Of a stretch of DNA of 64,000 nucleotides, positions 1 through 13,079 are shown piece by piece; the first letter of the stretch is position 1, and the number at the start of each line of letters is the position of its first letter. The notes under the pieces were generated by a model. It was not told the origin of the DNA. It saw only the letters and a list, made by a program, of their open reading frames with translations, and searched no databases. The stretch comes from a phage: the sequence record PZ452598.1; one strand, given 5' to 3'. The translations under genes and the position numbers were made by a program.

Positions 1-76
1 CACGCTTGTAGCCAGCGCGTTTAGAATCACCAACTTTCTTTTCAACTGCTTTCTTTGCTTTAGCTTGTTTTGCCAT
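1..76 (-). CDS. 5' end of an early-region ORF continuing beyond the window start (N-terminus MAKQAKAKKAVEKK...)
   Basis: ATG at 76..74 on minus strand, open to window edge; lies where T4 has 30.9 next to rIII; not in ORF track (partial). Confidence 0.4.
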   Translation of the reverse strand, partial: MAKQAKAKKAVEKKVGDSKRAGYKR

Positions 77-320
77 TATAAATTCTCTTTTAAATGAAAA
101 TGCAGGACTTATTGGCATTGCCTGCGCAAGCCCTCAAGGGGAACATAGGTTTTTGGATATTTAACGACCAGGATAACCATAAACCCGTCATCATTCACAT
201 TCAAGAGGTACACCGTAAAACTGTCGGGGTCTTAAAACTATAATGATTCGCAAATCATTAATCAGACAGTTCGACGGCTCCTCGATTTAGCTCACACTAA
301 GGCAGTGAATCTCCAATAAA

Positions 321-569
321 TTACTTCAGTGTTACCACAAAGTGACGAACTGCTTTTCGTGCAGCAGAAGCCAGAGGCTTAGCATATTTAAGTTCATCTT
401 TTTCCTGAAGCTCAGCAGCTAATGCAGTTTGAGCAGGATTCAGATGTTTGAAATAACGCAGGATTTCAAGAGCTTCGGCTTCAACATCAATAGATGCGCC
501 ATAGTTTTCGTGACCATTATTCCATGCGTTTCGTTGCAGTTCAAGAGCGTGTTGTAATTGTTTAATCAT
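321..569 (-). CDS. rIII: rIII lysis-inhibition accessory protein (82 aa)
   Basis: ORF track 82 aa; length and position next to gene 31 match T4 rIII. Confidence 0.8.
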   Translation of the reverse strand: MIKQLQHALELQRNAWNNGHENYGASIDVEAEALEILRYFKHLNPAQTALAAELQEKDELKYAKPLASAARKAVRHFVVTLK

Positions 570-716
570 TTAAAAATTCTCGTTAGAGATTAAAACTCGG
601 TAGTCACGTTCTTCTGAATTTCATCTTCTTTCGACAGATCTCTCAGTTGTAGACTACCACATAGAATTGTTCGGTTAACTTATTATTCCGACACCCAATT
701 CATATTATTATTTATA

Positions 717-1052
717 TCACTTATAAAGACACGGAATAGCTTTATAGTGACAGGTAACGAATTTTTGTTTAATTTCTTTTGGCTGCTTAAGACCCAGAGC
801 TACAAAAGGATGCGGAACATTTCGAATTTGACCAACTGGAAGAGAAGTCAAATCACCAACTTCGCAGAAACCTTCAGGAACATCAGGACCGACAGAGTGA
901 ACTACACACAGTTCAGGAACTTCACCTTGAACACGTTTACCGATAATAAGTCCTGATTCTGTAACTTCTTCATCACCGGCTTGTGCAGGTTCAGAAACTA
1001 AAATAACATATTCACCGACAGCACGAATTGGTAGCTGTTGTACTTCAGACAT
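717..1052 (-). CDS. 31: gp31 GroES-like co-chaperonin (111 aa)
   Basis: ORF track 111 aa; sequence recognised as T4 gp31; adjacent to rIII. Confidence 0.9.
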
Positions 1053-1108
1053 CGTTTTTCCTTTTTGTTAACAGATGAATTAATAATAACAAATAGTTCT
1101 TAAAGCAT

Positions 1109-1417
1109 TTATTTACCAATAAATTGAAGCAAATGCTCAACTTTCATACCATTAACGGAAATCAATTTGTCAATAGAAAAACCTCGCCACGCACCAAGCT
1201 CAACATCAAATACTGGAATCATGTCAGTAGATTCTTTCCGAGTAGATTCAGTCAATTTGCCAGTTTGCATGGTTGGCATAAAGTCTGCATCACGAGTACC
1301 TTTCATAGTACGAATAGTACCATCAGACTTTTCAAAAACTACGTTTGAAACACCCATGGACAATTTAGTTTTCAAAATTTCACGAATTGCTACTTTCTGC
1401 TCAGTTGTCAGTTTCAT
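1109..1417 (-). CDS. hypothetical protein (T4 31.1 position)
   Basis: ORF track 102 aa; same strand, tightly packed in early cluster. Confidence 0.55.
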   Translation of the reverse strand: MKLTTEQKVAIREILKTKLSMGVSNVVFEKSDGTIRTMKGTRDADFMPTMQTGKLTESTRKESTDMIPVFDVELGAWRGFSIDKLISVNGMKVEHLLQFIGK

Positions 1418-1654
1418 TTATTTACCTATTACAGTTTTAATATGAGTTGTTCCACGTTCTTTAAGGGTGGAAAGTAATTTTTGGCATTTTTCTAAATCAG
1501 ATTTCCAACTATATGGTCTATCAATACAAACCCAATTTGTCTTATAATACTGTTTCCATTTAGAGAAAAAATATTTCTTATACTCTACAGCAAATGAGAT
1601 GTTCTCGTTAGAATAAGAACTAATTGCTGTGAGTTTTACCAAACGAAATTTCAT
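1418..1654 (-). CDS. hypothetical protein (T4 31.2 position)
   Basis: ORF track 78 aa; stop abuts next start. Confidence 0.5.
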   Translation of the reverse strand: MKFRLVKLTAISSYSNENISFAVEYKKYFFSKWKQYYKTNWVCIDRPYSWKSDLEKCQKLLSTLKERGTTHIKTVIGK

Positions 1655-2235
1655 TATTCACCACAGAATTCGTTGATATTTTCCCAGTTTAACTTATTCA
1701 AGTTTTTCTTAGGAACATTAAACACTTCAATACCTGCATTTCGCAGAATATCATCCCAACCGGGTTTATTTTTGTCGTATGTTTCACAATAAACCAGCTT
1801 TTTAATACCAGATTGAGCTATCGCTTTTGCGCAATCTGGACAAGGAGAAAGTGTTACATACATAGTAGCACCTTCAATAGAAGAACCATTTCGTGCAGCA
1901 AACAAAATTGCATTTAGTTCAGCATGAATTTCATTTTTAGATGACCATTCCGAGTGAGCACTACGATGTTCTTTCGCCAAAACAAAACGATCAGTTGAAC
2001 CAAATGATACGCATTCAGGCTTATGACCTTGAATGATAGCATGTTTAGGCTTATTCAACAACCATCCTTGCTCAGCAGCATAATCACAACAGTTCACACC
2101 CCCTGCGGGTGAACCATTATACCCAGTAGAAATAATACGTCCATTCTTTTCAATTACTGCTCCTACCTTCCAGGAGCAACATTTTGATTCCTGCGATACT
2201 AAATATGCAATTTGAAGTACTGTACTCGCTTTCAT
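1654..2235 (-). CDS. cd: dCMP deaminase (193 aa)
   Basis: ORF track 193 aa; zinc deaminase motifs HAE...PCxxC; T4 Cd length. Confidence 0.92.
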   Translation of the reverse strand: MKASTVLQIAYLVSQESKCCSWKVGAVIEKNGRIISTGYNGSPAGGVNCCDYAAEQGWLLNKPKHAIIQGHKPECVSFGSTDRFVLAKEHRSAHSEWSSKNEIHAELNAILFAARNGSSIEGATMYVTLSPCPDCAKAIAQSGIKKLVYCETYDKNKPGWDDILRNAGIEVFNVPKKNLNKLNWENINEFCGE

Positions 2236-2570
2236 TTCATAATCACCAGATAAGCAGATTTAGCAGTTTCAACACGATAAATTTCGTGACGAAGTTTAGT
2301 TATACTTTTAATAACAGAACTAATTATATTCTGCCCATCTTTAAAGCGGTTTTTCTTATCAATAAAAACTGCGCCAGTCATCTTTTTGTGAAGCTCAACT
2401 GGATACTTCGTCACAATAATAGCATCATACACAGAAGGATGAATACTATTCACCAGAGTATCATTCATTAAAGTTATTCTAATGAACTGTGCTGTTTCAG
2501 AATCAAGCGCTCTATGATCGCCAGTATCATTTTCAAGACAATTATCAATTATATCAGTTAAATTCATCAT
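2232..2570 (-). CDS. hypothetical protein (cd.1 position)
   Basis: ORF track 112 aa; overlapping start/stop with cd. Confidence 0.55.
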   Translation of the reverse strand: MMNLTDIIDNCLENDTGDHRALDSETAQFIRITLMNDTLVNSIHPSVYDAIIVTKYPVELHKKMTGAVFIDKKNRFKDGQNIISSVIKSITKLRHEIYRVETAKSAYLVIMK

Positions 2571-2806
2571 AGTACGCCATACACCCTTTGTGCTTCAACT
2601 AATCCATCAAAATCCAGTTTAAGATGCGATATTTGATCGCCATCACCTGGATTCACAATTACTAATACTGAACGAGGAGTTTCGGTAATAACACGAACCG
2701 ATGTTTCAGGAAATCGTTCAGAAACCTTATTTACTAATTCCTGCGCAAATAGTTTAACTTTTTCTTGGAATTCTTTAACAGTAATCGGTTTTTCACTTAG
2801 CAACAT
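2567..2806 (-). CDS. hypothetical protein (cd.2 position)
   Basis: ORF track 79 aa; early promoter-like element just upstream. Confidence 0.55.
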   Translation of the reverse strand: MLLSEKPITVKEFQEKVKLFAQELVNKVSERFPETSVRVITETPRSVLVIVNPGDGDQISHLKLDFDGLVEAQRVYGVL

Positions 2807-2836
2807 TTTGTTTTCCTCATTTGTTTTGGTAGAGCT

Positions 2837-2866
2837 ATAATATCACAACTCTACCGTAAAGTAAAC
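2837..2866 (-). promoter_or_regulatory. early (sigma70-type) promoter-like element: GTTTAC, 18-bp spacer, TATTAT
   Basis: read on minus strand immediately upstream of ORF 2567..2806. Confidence 0.45.
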
Positions 2867-2868
2867 CA

Positions 2869-3144
2869 TTAAATCGCTTTGAATTCCGCAGTTTGAGATT
2901 CAAAGCGAATATCGCCTTTGATAACAAGCTCAGCATCAAGACCAAATACGACAATGATATGCGCGGAACCTGGATACAGTGTAATGGCAATAGAATCCAC
3001 CTGGTCTGGAAGCAAAGTGTTCAATACATGAGTCACTTGAGCATGGATTCGAAGCTCAGCTGCGTTATCAAGTTTTTCAAACATATTATTAGCGATAATT
3101 TGGCTAAACACTACTTCTACGATTTTAGAGTAAGTCGGAAACAT
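2869..3144 (-). CDS. hypothetical protein (cd.3 position)
   Basis: ORF track 91 aa. Confidence 0.5.
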   Translation of the reverse strand: MFPTYSKIVEVVFSQIIANNMFEKLDNAAELRIHAQVTHVLNTLLPDQVDSIAITLYPGSAHIIVVFGLDAELVIKGDIRFESQTAEFKAI

Positions 3145-3146
3145 AT

Positions 3147-3339
3147 TTACCTCACATAATTTTCTTCAAGCCAATCAATAACATCCAACGCATTATCAAA
3201 AGTTGAACCATCTACTCTGTCTTCTGTTTCATAATCAAGAACATCTAGGCCTACTCTTCCGTCAACAATAGGCCATAGACAAAATAGATATTTCTTTTCT
3301 TTTTCAATTTTATCACAAAGACGATAAATCTTTTCTAGG

Positions 3340-3347
<8 letters not shown>
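3147..3347 (-). CDS. hypothetical protein (cd.4 position)
   Basis: ORF track 66 aa. Confidence 0.5.
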
Positions 3348-4666
<1,319 letters not shown>

Positions 4667-4670
<4 letters not shown>

Positions 4671-4966
4671 TTACATTTATCCTCTTTTAGCTCTTGACGA
4701 TAATAACATATCATAGTTTTCTGGTCATGTACATATCGTTTTACATCATTAAGCCAAATACGAAATTCCTGAGAATCTTCAAATGGCATACCGACCCAGG
4801 CTTTACCATCAATAACTTTAACTTGCCAAGATAGTTTAGCTTCATCATATGACTTTATTTGCACAGGCCAATTAGGATGAACTGTTTCTTTCTTTACTTC
4901 TAGAGGCTTTGTCGAACAACCAACTAGAAGACCAATAGATAATATTACTGCTGATAGTTTAATCAT
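4667..4966 (-). CDS. hypothetical lipoprotein (pseT.2 position)
   Basis: ORF track 99 aa; signal peptide with lipobox LVGC. Confidence 0.55.
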
Positions 4967-5316
4967 TTAGAAAGGTCCTGGATGTCTTCTGCGAACTTGT
5001 TGAAGGAGTTGTTGATTTGTTTTTCAACCAATCCTGGCTTATGAGCCACCACATCCGCCTTCTTTGCATCTTTGCGCAGTTTTTCATTTTCACGCTCAAT
5101 AGCAGCAATTGCCTCACGATTTTTATTATTCATCGCATCAATATAATTATACTGAATTCGCAAATTATTTAATGCTAAGGCGTTTTCATTGGCCGTTTTT
5201 GTAATTTCAGTAACTGATGTTTCTAATCTTTCTACCTTATGTTTTAAAATAATAGATGTTCCGCCAAATGCTATTACAAGTAATAGCAATCCAGCTGTAA
5301 AATTACTTACATGCAT
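4963..5316 (-). CDS. hypothetical membrane-anchored protein (pseT.3 position)
   Basis: ORF track 117 aa; N-terminal hydrophobic helix. Confidence 0.55.
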   Translation of the reverse strand: MHVSNFTAGLLLLVIAFGGTSIILKHKVERLETSVTEITKTANENALALNNLRIQYNYIDAMNNKNREAIAAIERENEKLRKDAKKADVVAHKPGLVEKQINNSFNKFAEDIQDLSK

Positions 5317-5810
5317 AAAGTTTTAATAACCTCTACAATATCGTCTTGAGAAAGACCGTTAATTAAAATATGATGTTCAGCTGGAGATTTAGAAATTTTA
5401 AAGCATGCCTCAACATCTTCTGCCATATCCGATGCACTACGATTTGGATTACTAATACCAAGGCGATGTTTTCCCGTCAAAGGATTAACGATGATATAGC
5501 ATTTGCAGCTATTGATATGAACATTGGGTTGAGTCTGATTAATGAACACTTCACAATCATACTTAGCAAGTTGATTTTCTAAAAAGACTTTCATCTCTTC
5601 AACCGCATCAGGAAGCATATCACGGGCTTGCTCAAGACGACGATTTCGATATTCTTTAATGGTCGTTTTCCGCTTGACTTGCTTAGCTAAATCTTTCTTA
5701 AGATCAGTGATATATCCAACTCGACGATTTCCTTTGAATACAGAAATCCCATCTGTAGTATCACCGTATGCTTCAACGACCATTTCAGTAGTAATAAGTT
5801 GTAAATCCAT
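5307..5810 (-). CDS. alc: Alc, terminator of transcription on cytosine-containing DNA (167 aa)
   Basis: ORF track 168 aa, start trimmed to second Met; size and position between pseT.3 and rnlA match T4 alc. Confidence 0.7.
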   Translation of the reverse strand: MDLQLITTEMVVEAYGDTTDGISVFKGNRRVGYITDLKKDLAKQVKRKTTIKEYRNRRLEQARDMLPDAVEEMKVFLENQLAKYDCEVFINQTQPNVHINSCKCYIIVNPLTGKHRLGISNPNRSASDMAEDVEACFKISKSPAEHHILINGLSQDDIVEVIKTLCM

Positions 5811-5841
5811 CATAAAGTCCTCATGTTATGTCAGTAAGACT

Positions 5842-5871
5842 ACTATAACACAACACGAGGGACTTGTAAAC
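5842..5871 (-). promoter_or_regulatory. early promoter-like element: GTTTAC, 18-bp spacer, TATAGT
   Basis: minus strand, between rnlA stop and alc start. Confidence 0.45.
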
Positions 5872-5874
5872 AAC

Positions 5875-7462
<1,588 letters not shown>

Positions 7463-7470
7463 AATAAAAT

Positions 7471-7484
7471 GGGCCTTGCGGCCC
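7471..7484 (-). terminator. GC-rich hairpin (GGGCCGCAAGGCCC) followed by U-rich tract, between nrdB stop and denA start
   Basis: palindrome read directly; could equally be an RBS-spanning structure for denA. Confidence 0.4.
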
Positions 7485-7489
7485 ACTCC

Positions 7490-7992
7490 TTAAAAGTATT
7501 TTTTAAAACTCATCATAACTTTATCATCAACATCATTATCAATCTGTGCAACAAGGTAAGATGACAGTTCTACTTCTTGCGGCGCGGATTGAACATTATC
7601 AGAATTAAGATATTCACGAATCCAAGGATATGGATGTTTAACCGGAGCATCGGTAATTGGGCATGGAAGACCGCACTGTTTCATACGAGATACAGTTAAG
7701 TAATCAATAAAGCTCCACATGCTATTTGTATTTAATCCAGGAACATCACCATCTTTAAATAAATGAACTGCCCAGTCTTTTTCCTGGCGGTTAACTTCCA
7801 TGAAAATATCAACTGCTTCTTGTTCACACTCTTGGGCAATTTTAACCCATTCATCACCATCAGTACCGGATTGAAGTTGACGAATAATATATTGGGTGCC
7901 TTTAAGGTGAAGCTGTTCATCACGTGCAATGAACTTCATAATCTTGGCATTACCTTCCATGATTTCCATGTTCTTATGGAAGTTAAAGGTAC
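7490..7992 (-). CDS. nrdB: ribonucleotide reductase small subunit NrdB, exon 2
   Basis: ORF track 7490..8023; 3' splice site placed after G at 7993 so junction codon is UGU (Cys) and spliced product is 388 aa. Confidence 0.85.
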
Positions 7993-8590
7993 CGTATGTT
8001 CGATTGAGCTCGCTAATTCTCAACCCGTTCTCTTATGAACTGCTGCATGTTACCATGCAGTCCAGACTATATCACAATCCCGGAGGGATTCTCCCCATTT
8101 CGAGTCGCTTGACCCTACGTCCGAAGACTAGTCGTTGAACCTTGTTTTGCAATTGTCGCCGTGCCATCGTTTATATGTTGATGGTGATAAATCTTTCTTA
8201 TCACAATATGGACAATTCAATTGAATTCTATTTGGATTTAATTTACATCTGTCATTATGTTTTAGATAAAATCCAGGACCTTTACCAATGTGACCACAGA
8301 AATCACATGTGATTTCTTTTTGTGCAGGATGGGTCCCGTTCTTAACCATTTCTAATGTTTTTGCTGATGTTCTTTTCTTATGTTCTTCCATCAGAATCTT
8401 TAGGTATAGGTCCGTTAGCATCTATCCAAATTTTTCTATAGTTCAATTGTGCATCCTCTTAAAAGTATAATCATATTTATATTATACTAATTAAAGGTGC
8501 AAGCAAAACCTTGGCTGCTAGTTTTCCATAAAGGACTTTCCAGCAATTAAAGGAGTTTTCGATAAACGTTACCGTTTAAAGGCGCATTTT
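7993..8590 (-). mobile_element. group I self-splicing intron in nrdB (598 nt)
   Basis: 5' exon ends in U, intron ends in G; length equals the T4 nrdB intron as I recall; contains a truncated endonuclease ORF. Confidence 0.85.
8128..8421 (-). pseudogene. I-TevIII: truncated I-TevIII-like intron ORF (97 aa, Cys-rich zinc-finger region only)
   Basis: ORF track 97 aa inside the nrdB intron; CxxC...CxxC motifs; T4 copy is reported as defunct. Confidence 0.6.
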
Positions 8591-9254
8591 ACGCAAAAGA
8601 TACATAAAAACGAATAGCTTCTAAGGCATTAATAACGTGCAAACAGAGGTAAAGAGATTTCATCAGATCTCGTTTAGCTCTTTGCTCAACGTCTTTATCA
8701 GCTAGAATTAGACCTTGGTCTTTATAATATTCAACCATGTCTTTAGCATTTTCCCATTCACGGGTTTTAACCAAGACATCATCGTAATATCGCCCAATGG
8801 ACTCAGCACGTTTCATAATAGCTTCATCTAATACAATCTCATCAAACACCTTCGATGGATCAGTATAAAGATTTCGCATGATATGAGTATATGAACGACT
8901 GTGAATAGTTTCACTAAAAGTCCATGTAGCAACCCATGTATCAAGGCTTGGGTCTGAAATTAATGACATAAGTACAGCAGATGGCGCACGACCCTGAATG
9001 CTATCCAAAAGTGATTGATACTTCAGGTTGTTAGTAAAAATATTTTGCTGATACTGAGGAAGCTTATTAAATTGCGCAGCATCCATCATTAAGTTTACTT
9101 CTTCAGGACGCCAAAAAAAACTGATCTGCCGCTCAATGAGTTCTTCAAATACTCGATGTCGTTGAATATCATATCGAGCTAAACCTAATCCAGAACCAAA
9201 GAACATCGGTTCATTCAAAACATCAACTGGATTTGTATTAAAAACTGTACTCAT
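8591..9254 (-). CDS. nrdB: ribonucleotide reductase small subunit NrdB, exon 1
   Basis: ORF track 8589..9254; ORF ends ...FYVSFA then UAA, which starts the intron. Confidence 0.85.
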
Positions 9255-9949
9255 TTAGAATCCTTAAATTTACATTTATCATAATGCCATCTTAAAGCAT
9301 TGCCTTTATTAACTTTCTTACCACAGTGCGGGCAAGGTGGATACTCTGCTCCTTGTTTAGTTCTCAAAGAAATCAAATCACGGGTTTCTTTAGTATGAGG
9401 AACATCTCTTGTCGGAGAAATTGTACCATACATCGGATTAAGCACGCCGACTTTAGCAGCAGCTATATTCTTTTTAGCTTCTTCAGTTTTAGGCTTTCTC
9501 ATCTTTTTCTTAGTTTCTTCGCTTTTAGCCCTTCCTTTGGTTGCCGCCGATATTTTGTGTTTGGTTTCTTCTGTTAAACGCAGACCTGTTTTCGCTTTTG
9601 ACATTTTCAGTCTCGTTTCTTCAGAAATGACCGTACCTTTGCGAAATTGCGAATTTAACTTCTTTGCATGGGCATATATTTTAGAATGAACTTTATAATG
9701 ACGTTTCTTAGTTCCTTTCATATTGCACATCATGAAAAATGCGAATATAACAGATTTTACCGGATAAATCTTTGATAAAATAGCATGCGCTATAAAATGC
9801 TCTCTAGCTGTTAATTCAACTAAATTTTCTTTATCATCAGAACCTCCCATGCATCTAGGGATTATATGATGTGTCTCTTTATATTCGGATAAAGGTTCCC
9901 GAGCCTGAGCTCGGGAAATTAGGTCGTTATAGATTTTTTGATAATTCAT
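9251..9949 (-). CDS. mobE: free-standing HNH homing endonuclease (232 aa)
   Basis: ORF track 232 aa; HNH motif HHIIPRCMGGSDDKENLVELTAREH; sits between nrdA and nrdB as T4 mobE does. Confidence 0.8.
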   Translation of the reverse strand: MNYQKIYNDLISRAQAREPLSEYKETHHIIPRCMGGSDDKENLVELTAREHFIAHAILSKIYPVKSVIFAFFMMCNMKGTKKRHYKVHSKIYAHAKKLNSQFRKGTVISEETRLKMSKAKTGLRLTEETKHKISAATKGRAKSEETKKKMRKPKTEEAKKNIAAAKVGVLNPMYGTISPTRDVPHTKETRDLISLRTKQGAEYPPCPHCGKKVNKGNALRWHYDKCKFKDSK

Positions 9950-12213
9950 TACAATTTACACGCTGCACAATCATCGGCTTTAGGAGTTTCTATTTCATAA
10001 TCATCAGTACCAGAACCATCACGGGTATTATGATAATAGAAATTTTTAATGCCATAATACCATCCGTATAGCATGTCATCAATCATTATTGACATTGGAA
10101 CCTTTCCTTTTGGAAAAATCTGCGGGTCATAATATGTATTCGCTGAAGCTGATTGACATACCCATTTCAGCATAATAGCTACCTGCGTAAGATAAGGTTT
10201 ATTACCTTTCTTAGCTAATTTCCATGTATAATCATAGAGGTCTATGTTATGCTCAATATTGGGCACGACTTGATTAAAGGAACCCTCTTTTGATTCTTTA
10301 ACACTTACCGGTCCACGTGGAGGCTCGATGCCGTTTGTACTGTTAGAAACTTGGGAAGATGACTCACATGGCATAAGTGCTGATAATGTGCTATTACGGA
10401 TGCCAAATAGCTTAAGGTCTTCCCGCAGCGCCGACCAGTCACAAACGTATTTTGGAGCTGCGATTTGGTCAATCTTTTTATTGTACCAGTCGATAGGTAA
10501 TTCGCCTCGAGACCAACGAGTGTCTGAATAATATTCGCAAGGTCCTTTTTCTTTGGCGAGCTTAATGGATGCTTTAATGAGTCCATACTGTAATCTCTCA
10601 AATAGTTCATGTGTTAAATCGTTAGCATCTTCATAAGAAGCAAAGTTACTTGCCAGCCAAGCTGCATAGTTGGTAACACCTACACCGAGGTTACGACGCT
10701 TTTTAGCTTTTTCTGCTTCAGGAACCGGATATCCTTGGTAATCCAACAGATTATCAAGAGCACGAACTTGAACTTCTGCCAATTCATTAATTTTATCTTG
10801 GTCTTGCCAGTCAAAATTATCTAATACGAATGCAGAGAGAGTACACAATCCAATTTCAGCATCAGGGCTATTCACATCATTTGTTGGAATAGCAATTTCA
10901 CAGCACAAGTTACTCTGACGAATAGGTGCCTTTTCACGAATAAACGGAGTATAGTTATTCGTATTATCAATGAACTGCACATAAATCCTTGCTGTTCCTG
11001 AACGTTCAGTCATGAGCAATTCAAATAGTTCACGGGCTTTAATACGCTTTTTACGAATATTAGGGTCTTTTTCTGCTGCTTCGTATAATTCACGGAAACG
11101 GTCTTGGTCTTTAAAATAAGAATAATAAAGCTCGCCACCCATTTCATGCGGACTGAACAAAGTAATGTAATCGTTTTTTCCAAAACGTTCCATCATCAAA
11201 TCATTCAGTTGAACACCATAATCCATATGACGAATGCGGTTTTCTTCTACGCCTTTGTTATTTTTCAAAACGAGAAGATTTTCAACTTCCAAATGCCAAA
11301 TAGGATAATAAGCAGTAGCAGCGCCGCCACGAATTCCACCCTGTGAACATGATTTAACTGCAGTCTGAAAATGTTTCCAAAAAGGAATAACACCAGTATG
11401 GCGTACTTCACCCATGCCAATCTTAGAACCTTCGGCACGAATCATACCAACGTTAATACCAATTCCAGCGCGTTTAGAGATATATTCAACAATTGAAGCA
11501 GAAGCCTTATTGATAGACTTCAATGAATCTCCTGCCTCAATAACAACACATGAACTAAACTGTCGAGTCGGAGTACGACAACCAGCCATAATAGGAGTTG
11601 GCAATGAAATCTGTCGAGTAGATACTGCTTCATAAAAACGGATAACATGTTTTAATCTATCAACAGGTTCATCTTGATGCAGTGCCATTCCAATAGTCAT
11701 AAATGCAAACTGTGGAGTTTCATAAATTTGACCAGTGGTTTTATCTTTAACTAGATATTTTTCTTTTAATTGCATTGCCCCGGAATAAGTAAATTCCATA
11801 TCCCGTTCGTGCTTAATTTTTGATTCTAAAAATGTAATTTCTTCTGCTGAATATTTTGACAATAATTCAGGGTCGTATTTACCTGCATTTACACAATAAG
11901 AAATATGGTCAATAAATGAACGTGGTTCATACTGCCCATAAACATGCTTACGAAGAGCAAACATTAAACAGCGTGCAGCTACATATTGATAATCAGGTTC
12001 TTCAACCGAAATAGAATTCGCAGCAGCCTTAATGACAATAGTCTGAATATCATCAGTTGTCATTCCATCACGGAGATAAGATTTAATATTTTCATATAAT
12101 TCATAAGGATCTACTGATGTTCCTTCAGCTGCCCAAGATAAAACTTTAATAATTTTTTGTGGGTCAAAGCTCTGAGAAACACCACTACTTTTGATAACAT
12201 TAATTAATTGCAT
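9949..12213 (-). CDS. nrdA: ribonucleotide reductase large subunit NrdA (754 aa)
   Basis: ORF track 754 aa; class Ia RNR; T4 NrdA length. Confidence 0.95.
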   Translation of the reverse strand: MQLINVIKSSGVSQSFDPQKIIKVLSWAAEGTSVDPYELYENIKSYLRDGMTTDDIQTIVIKAAANSISVEEPDYQYVAARCLMFALRKHVYGQYEPRSFIDHISYCVNAGKYDPELLSKYSAEEITFLESKIKHERDMEFTYSGAMQLKEKYLVKDKTTGQIYETPQFAFMTIGMALHQDEPVDRLKHVIRFYEAVSTRQISLPTPIMAGCRTPTRQFSSCVVIEAGDSLKSINKASASIVEYISKRAGIGINVGMIRAEGSKIGMGEVRHTGVIPFWKHFQTAVKSCSQGGIRGGAATAYYPIWHLEVENLLVLKNNKGVEENRIRHMDYGVQLNDLMMERFGKNDYITLFSPHEMGGELYYSYFKDQDRFRELYEAAEKDPNIRKKRIKARELFELLMTERSGTARIYVQFIDNTNNYTPFIREKAPIRQSNLCCEIAIPTNDVNSPDAEIGLCTLSAFVLDNFDWQDQDKINELAEVQVRALDNLLDYQGYPVPEAEKAKKRRNLGVGVTNYAAWLASNFASYEDANDLTHELFERLQYGLIKASIKLAKEKGPCEYYSDTRWSRGELPIDWYNKKIDQIAAPKYVCDWSALREDLKLFGIRNSTLSALMPCESSSQVSNSTNGIEPPRGPVSVKESKEGSFNQVVPNIEHNIDLYDYTWKLAKKGNKPYLTQVAIMLKWVCQSASANTYYDPQIFPKGKVPMSIMIDDMLYGWYYGIKNFYYHNTRDGSGTDDYEIETPKADDCAACKL

Positions 12214-12530
12214 AAGTCCTCAACTTGAAAATCGTCTTTAAACAATCGGTTAACTATATGAGCTATTATATCACCATGACACGGCTTTGGTTTACATGTG
12301 CATCCTAGCCTCATTCCACGTAAAGGCTCTAAATGTGCTTTAGTTATTTCTCCGGATTTAATTCGACGTATAAAATCTTTTTTGAATAATTCAATGGCAG
12401 CCTCCCGGCTGCCAGCATCTTTACCGACGTAATTTCCCCAAAATGTACCGCGGTGAATATTAACATCAAAGTCGGATTTATATTTATTCACTACCCGGCA
12501 TAGACGGCCCACGCTGGAATAATTCGTCAT
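12204..12530 (-). CDS. hypothetical protein (nrdA.1 position)
   Basis: ORF track 108 aa. Confidence 0.5.
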
Positions 12531-12759
12531 ATTGTTTTTCCGTTAAAACAGTAATATCGTAGTAACAGTCAGAAGAAGTTTTAACTGTGGAAATTTTATT
12601 ATCAAAATACTCACGAGTCATTTTATGAGTATAGTATTTTTTACCATAAATGGTAATAGGCTGTTCTGGTCCTGGAACTTCTAACTCGCTTGGGTTAGGA
12701 AGTGTAAAAAGAACTACACCAGAAGTATCTTTAAATCGTAAAATCATATATCCTCGCAA
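12484..12759 (-). CDS. hypothetical protein (nrdA.2 position)
   Basis: ORF track 91 aa. Confidence 0.5.
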
Positions 12760-12767
12760 TAATAAAA

Positions 12768-13079
12768 TTACACCGCCATCTTTCCTTTAATAGGAGGGTG
12801 TGATACATAGTTGTTAAGAACGAAATCTTTAGGCCTAAGTTTAAGAACATATTTTAATTGTTCTTTAGTAGAAAGATATCGGAATTTATAAGGTAGACCA
12901 CTTATTACCAGCTCACAAAGCTCTTTAGGTTCACGCCTCAAAATTTCTTTACATTGTTCTACGTGATTCATATAGATATGAGTATTACCACCAGAAAATA
13001 TCAAATCCCCTGGAATAAGATTACACATCTTAGCTACAATATGAACTAACGTAGCATATGACGCAATATTAAACGGTAG
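12768..13079 (-). CDS. td: thymidylate synthase, exon 2
   Basis: ORF track 12768..13082; its initial AUG is the last 3 nt of the intron; exon starts CUACCG (LPFNIAS...). Confidence 0.9.

Noticed and set aside
747-1445. Plus-strand ORFs 747..956, 1124..1348, 1167..1445
   Set aside because: Antisense to well-supported minus-strand genes (31, 31.1); no SD; typical shadow ORFs in A/T-rich sequence.
7490-9254. nrdB as a disrupted gene / pseudogene (two ORFs)
   Set aside because: The interruption has group I intron boundaries (exon ends in U, intron ends in G), the expected 598-nt length, and restores a conserved Cys codon on splicing.
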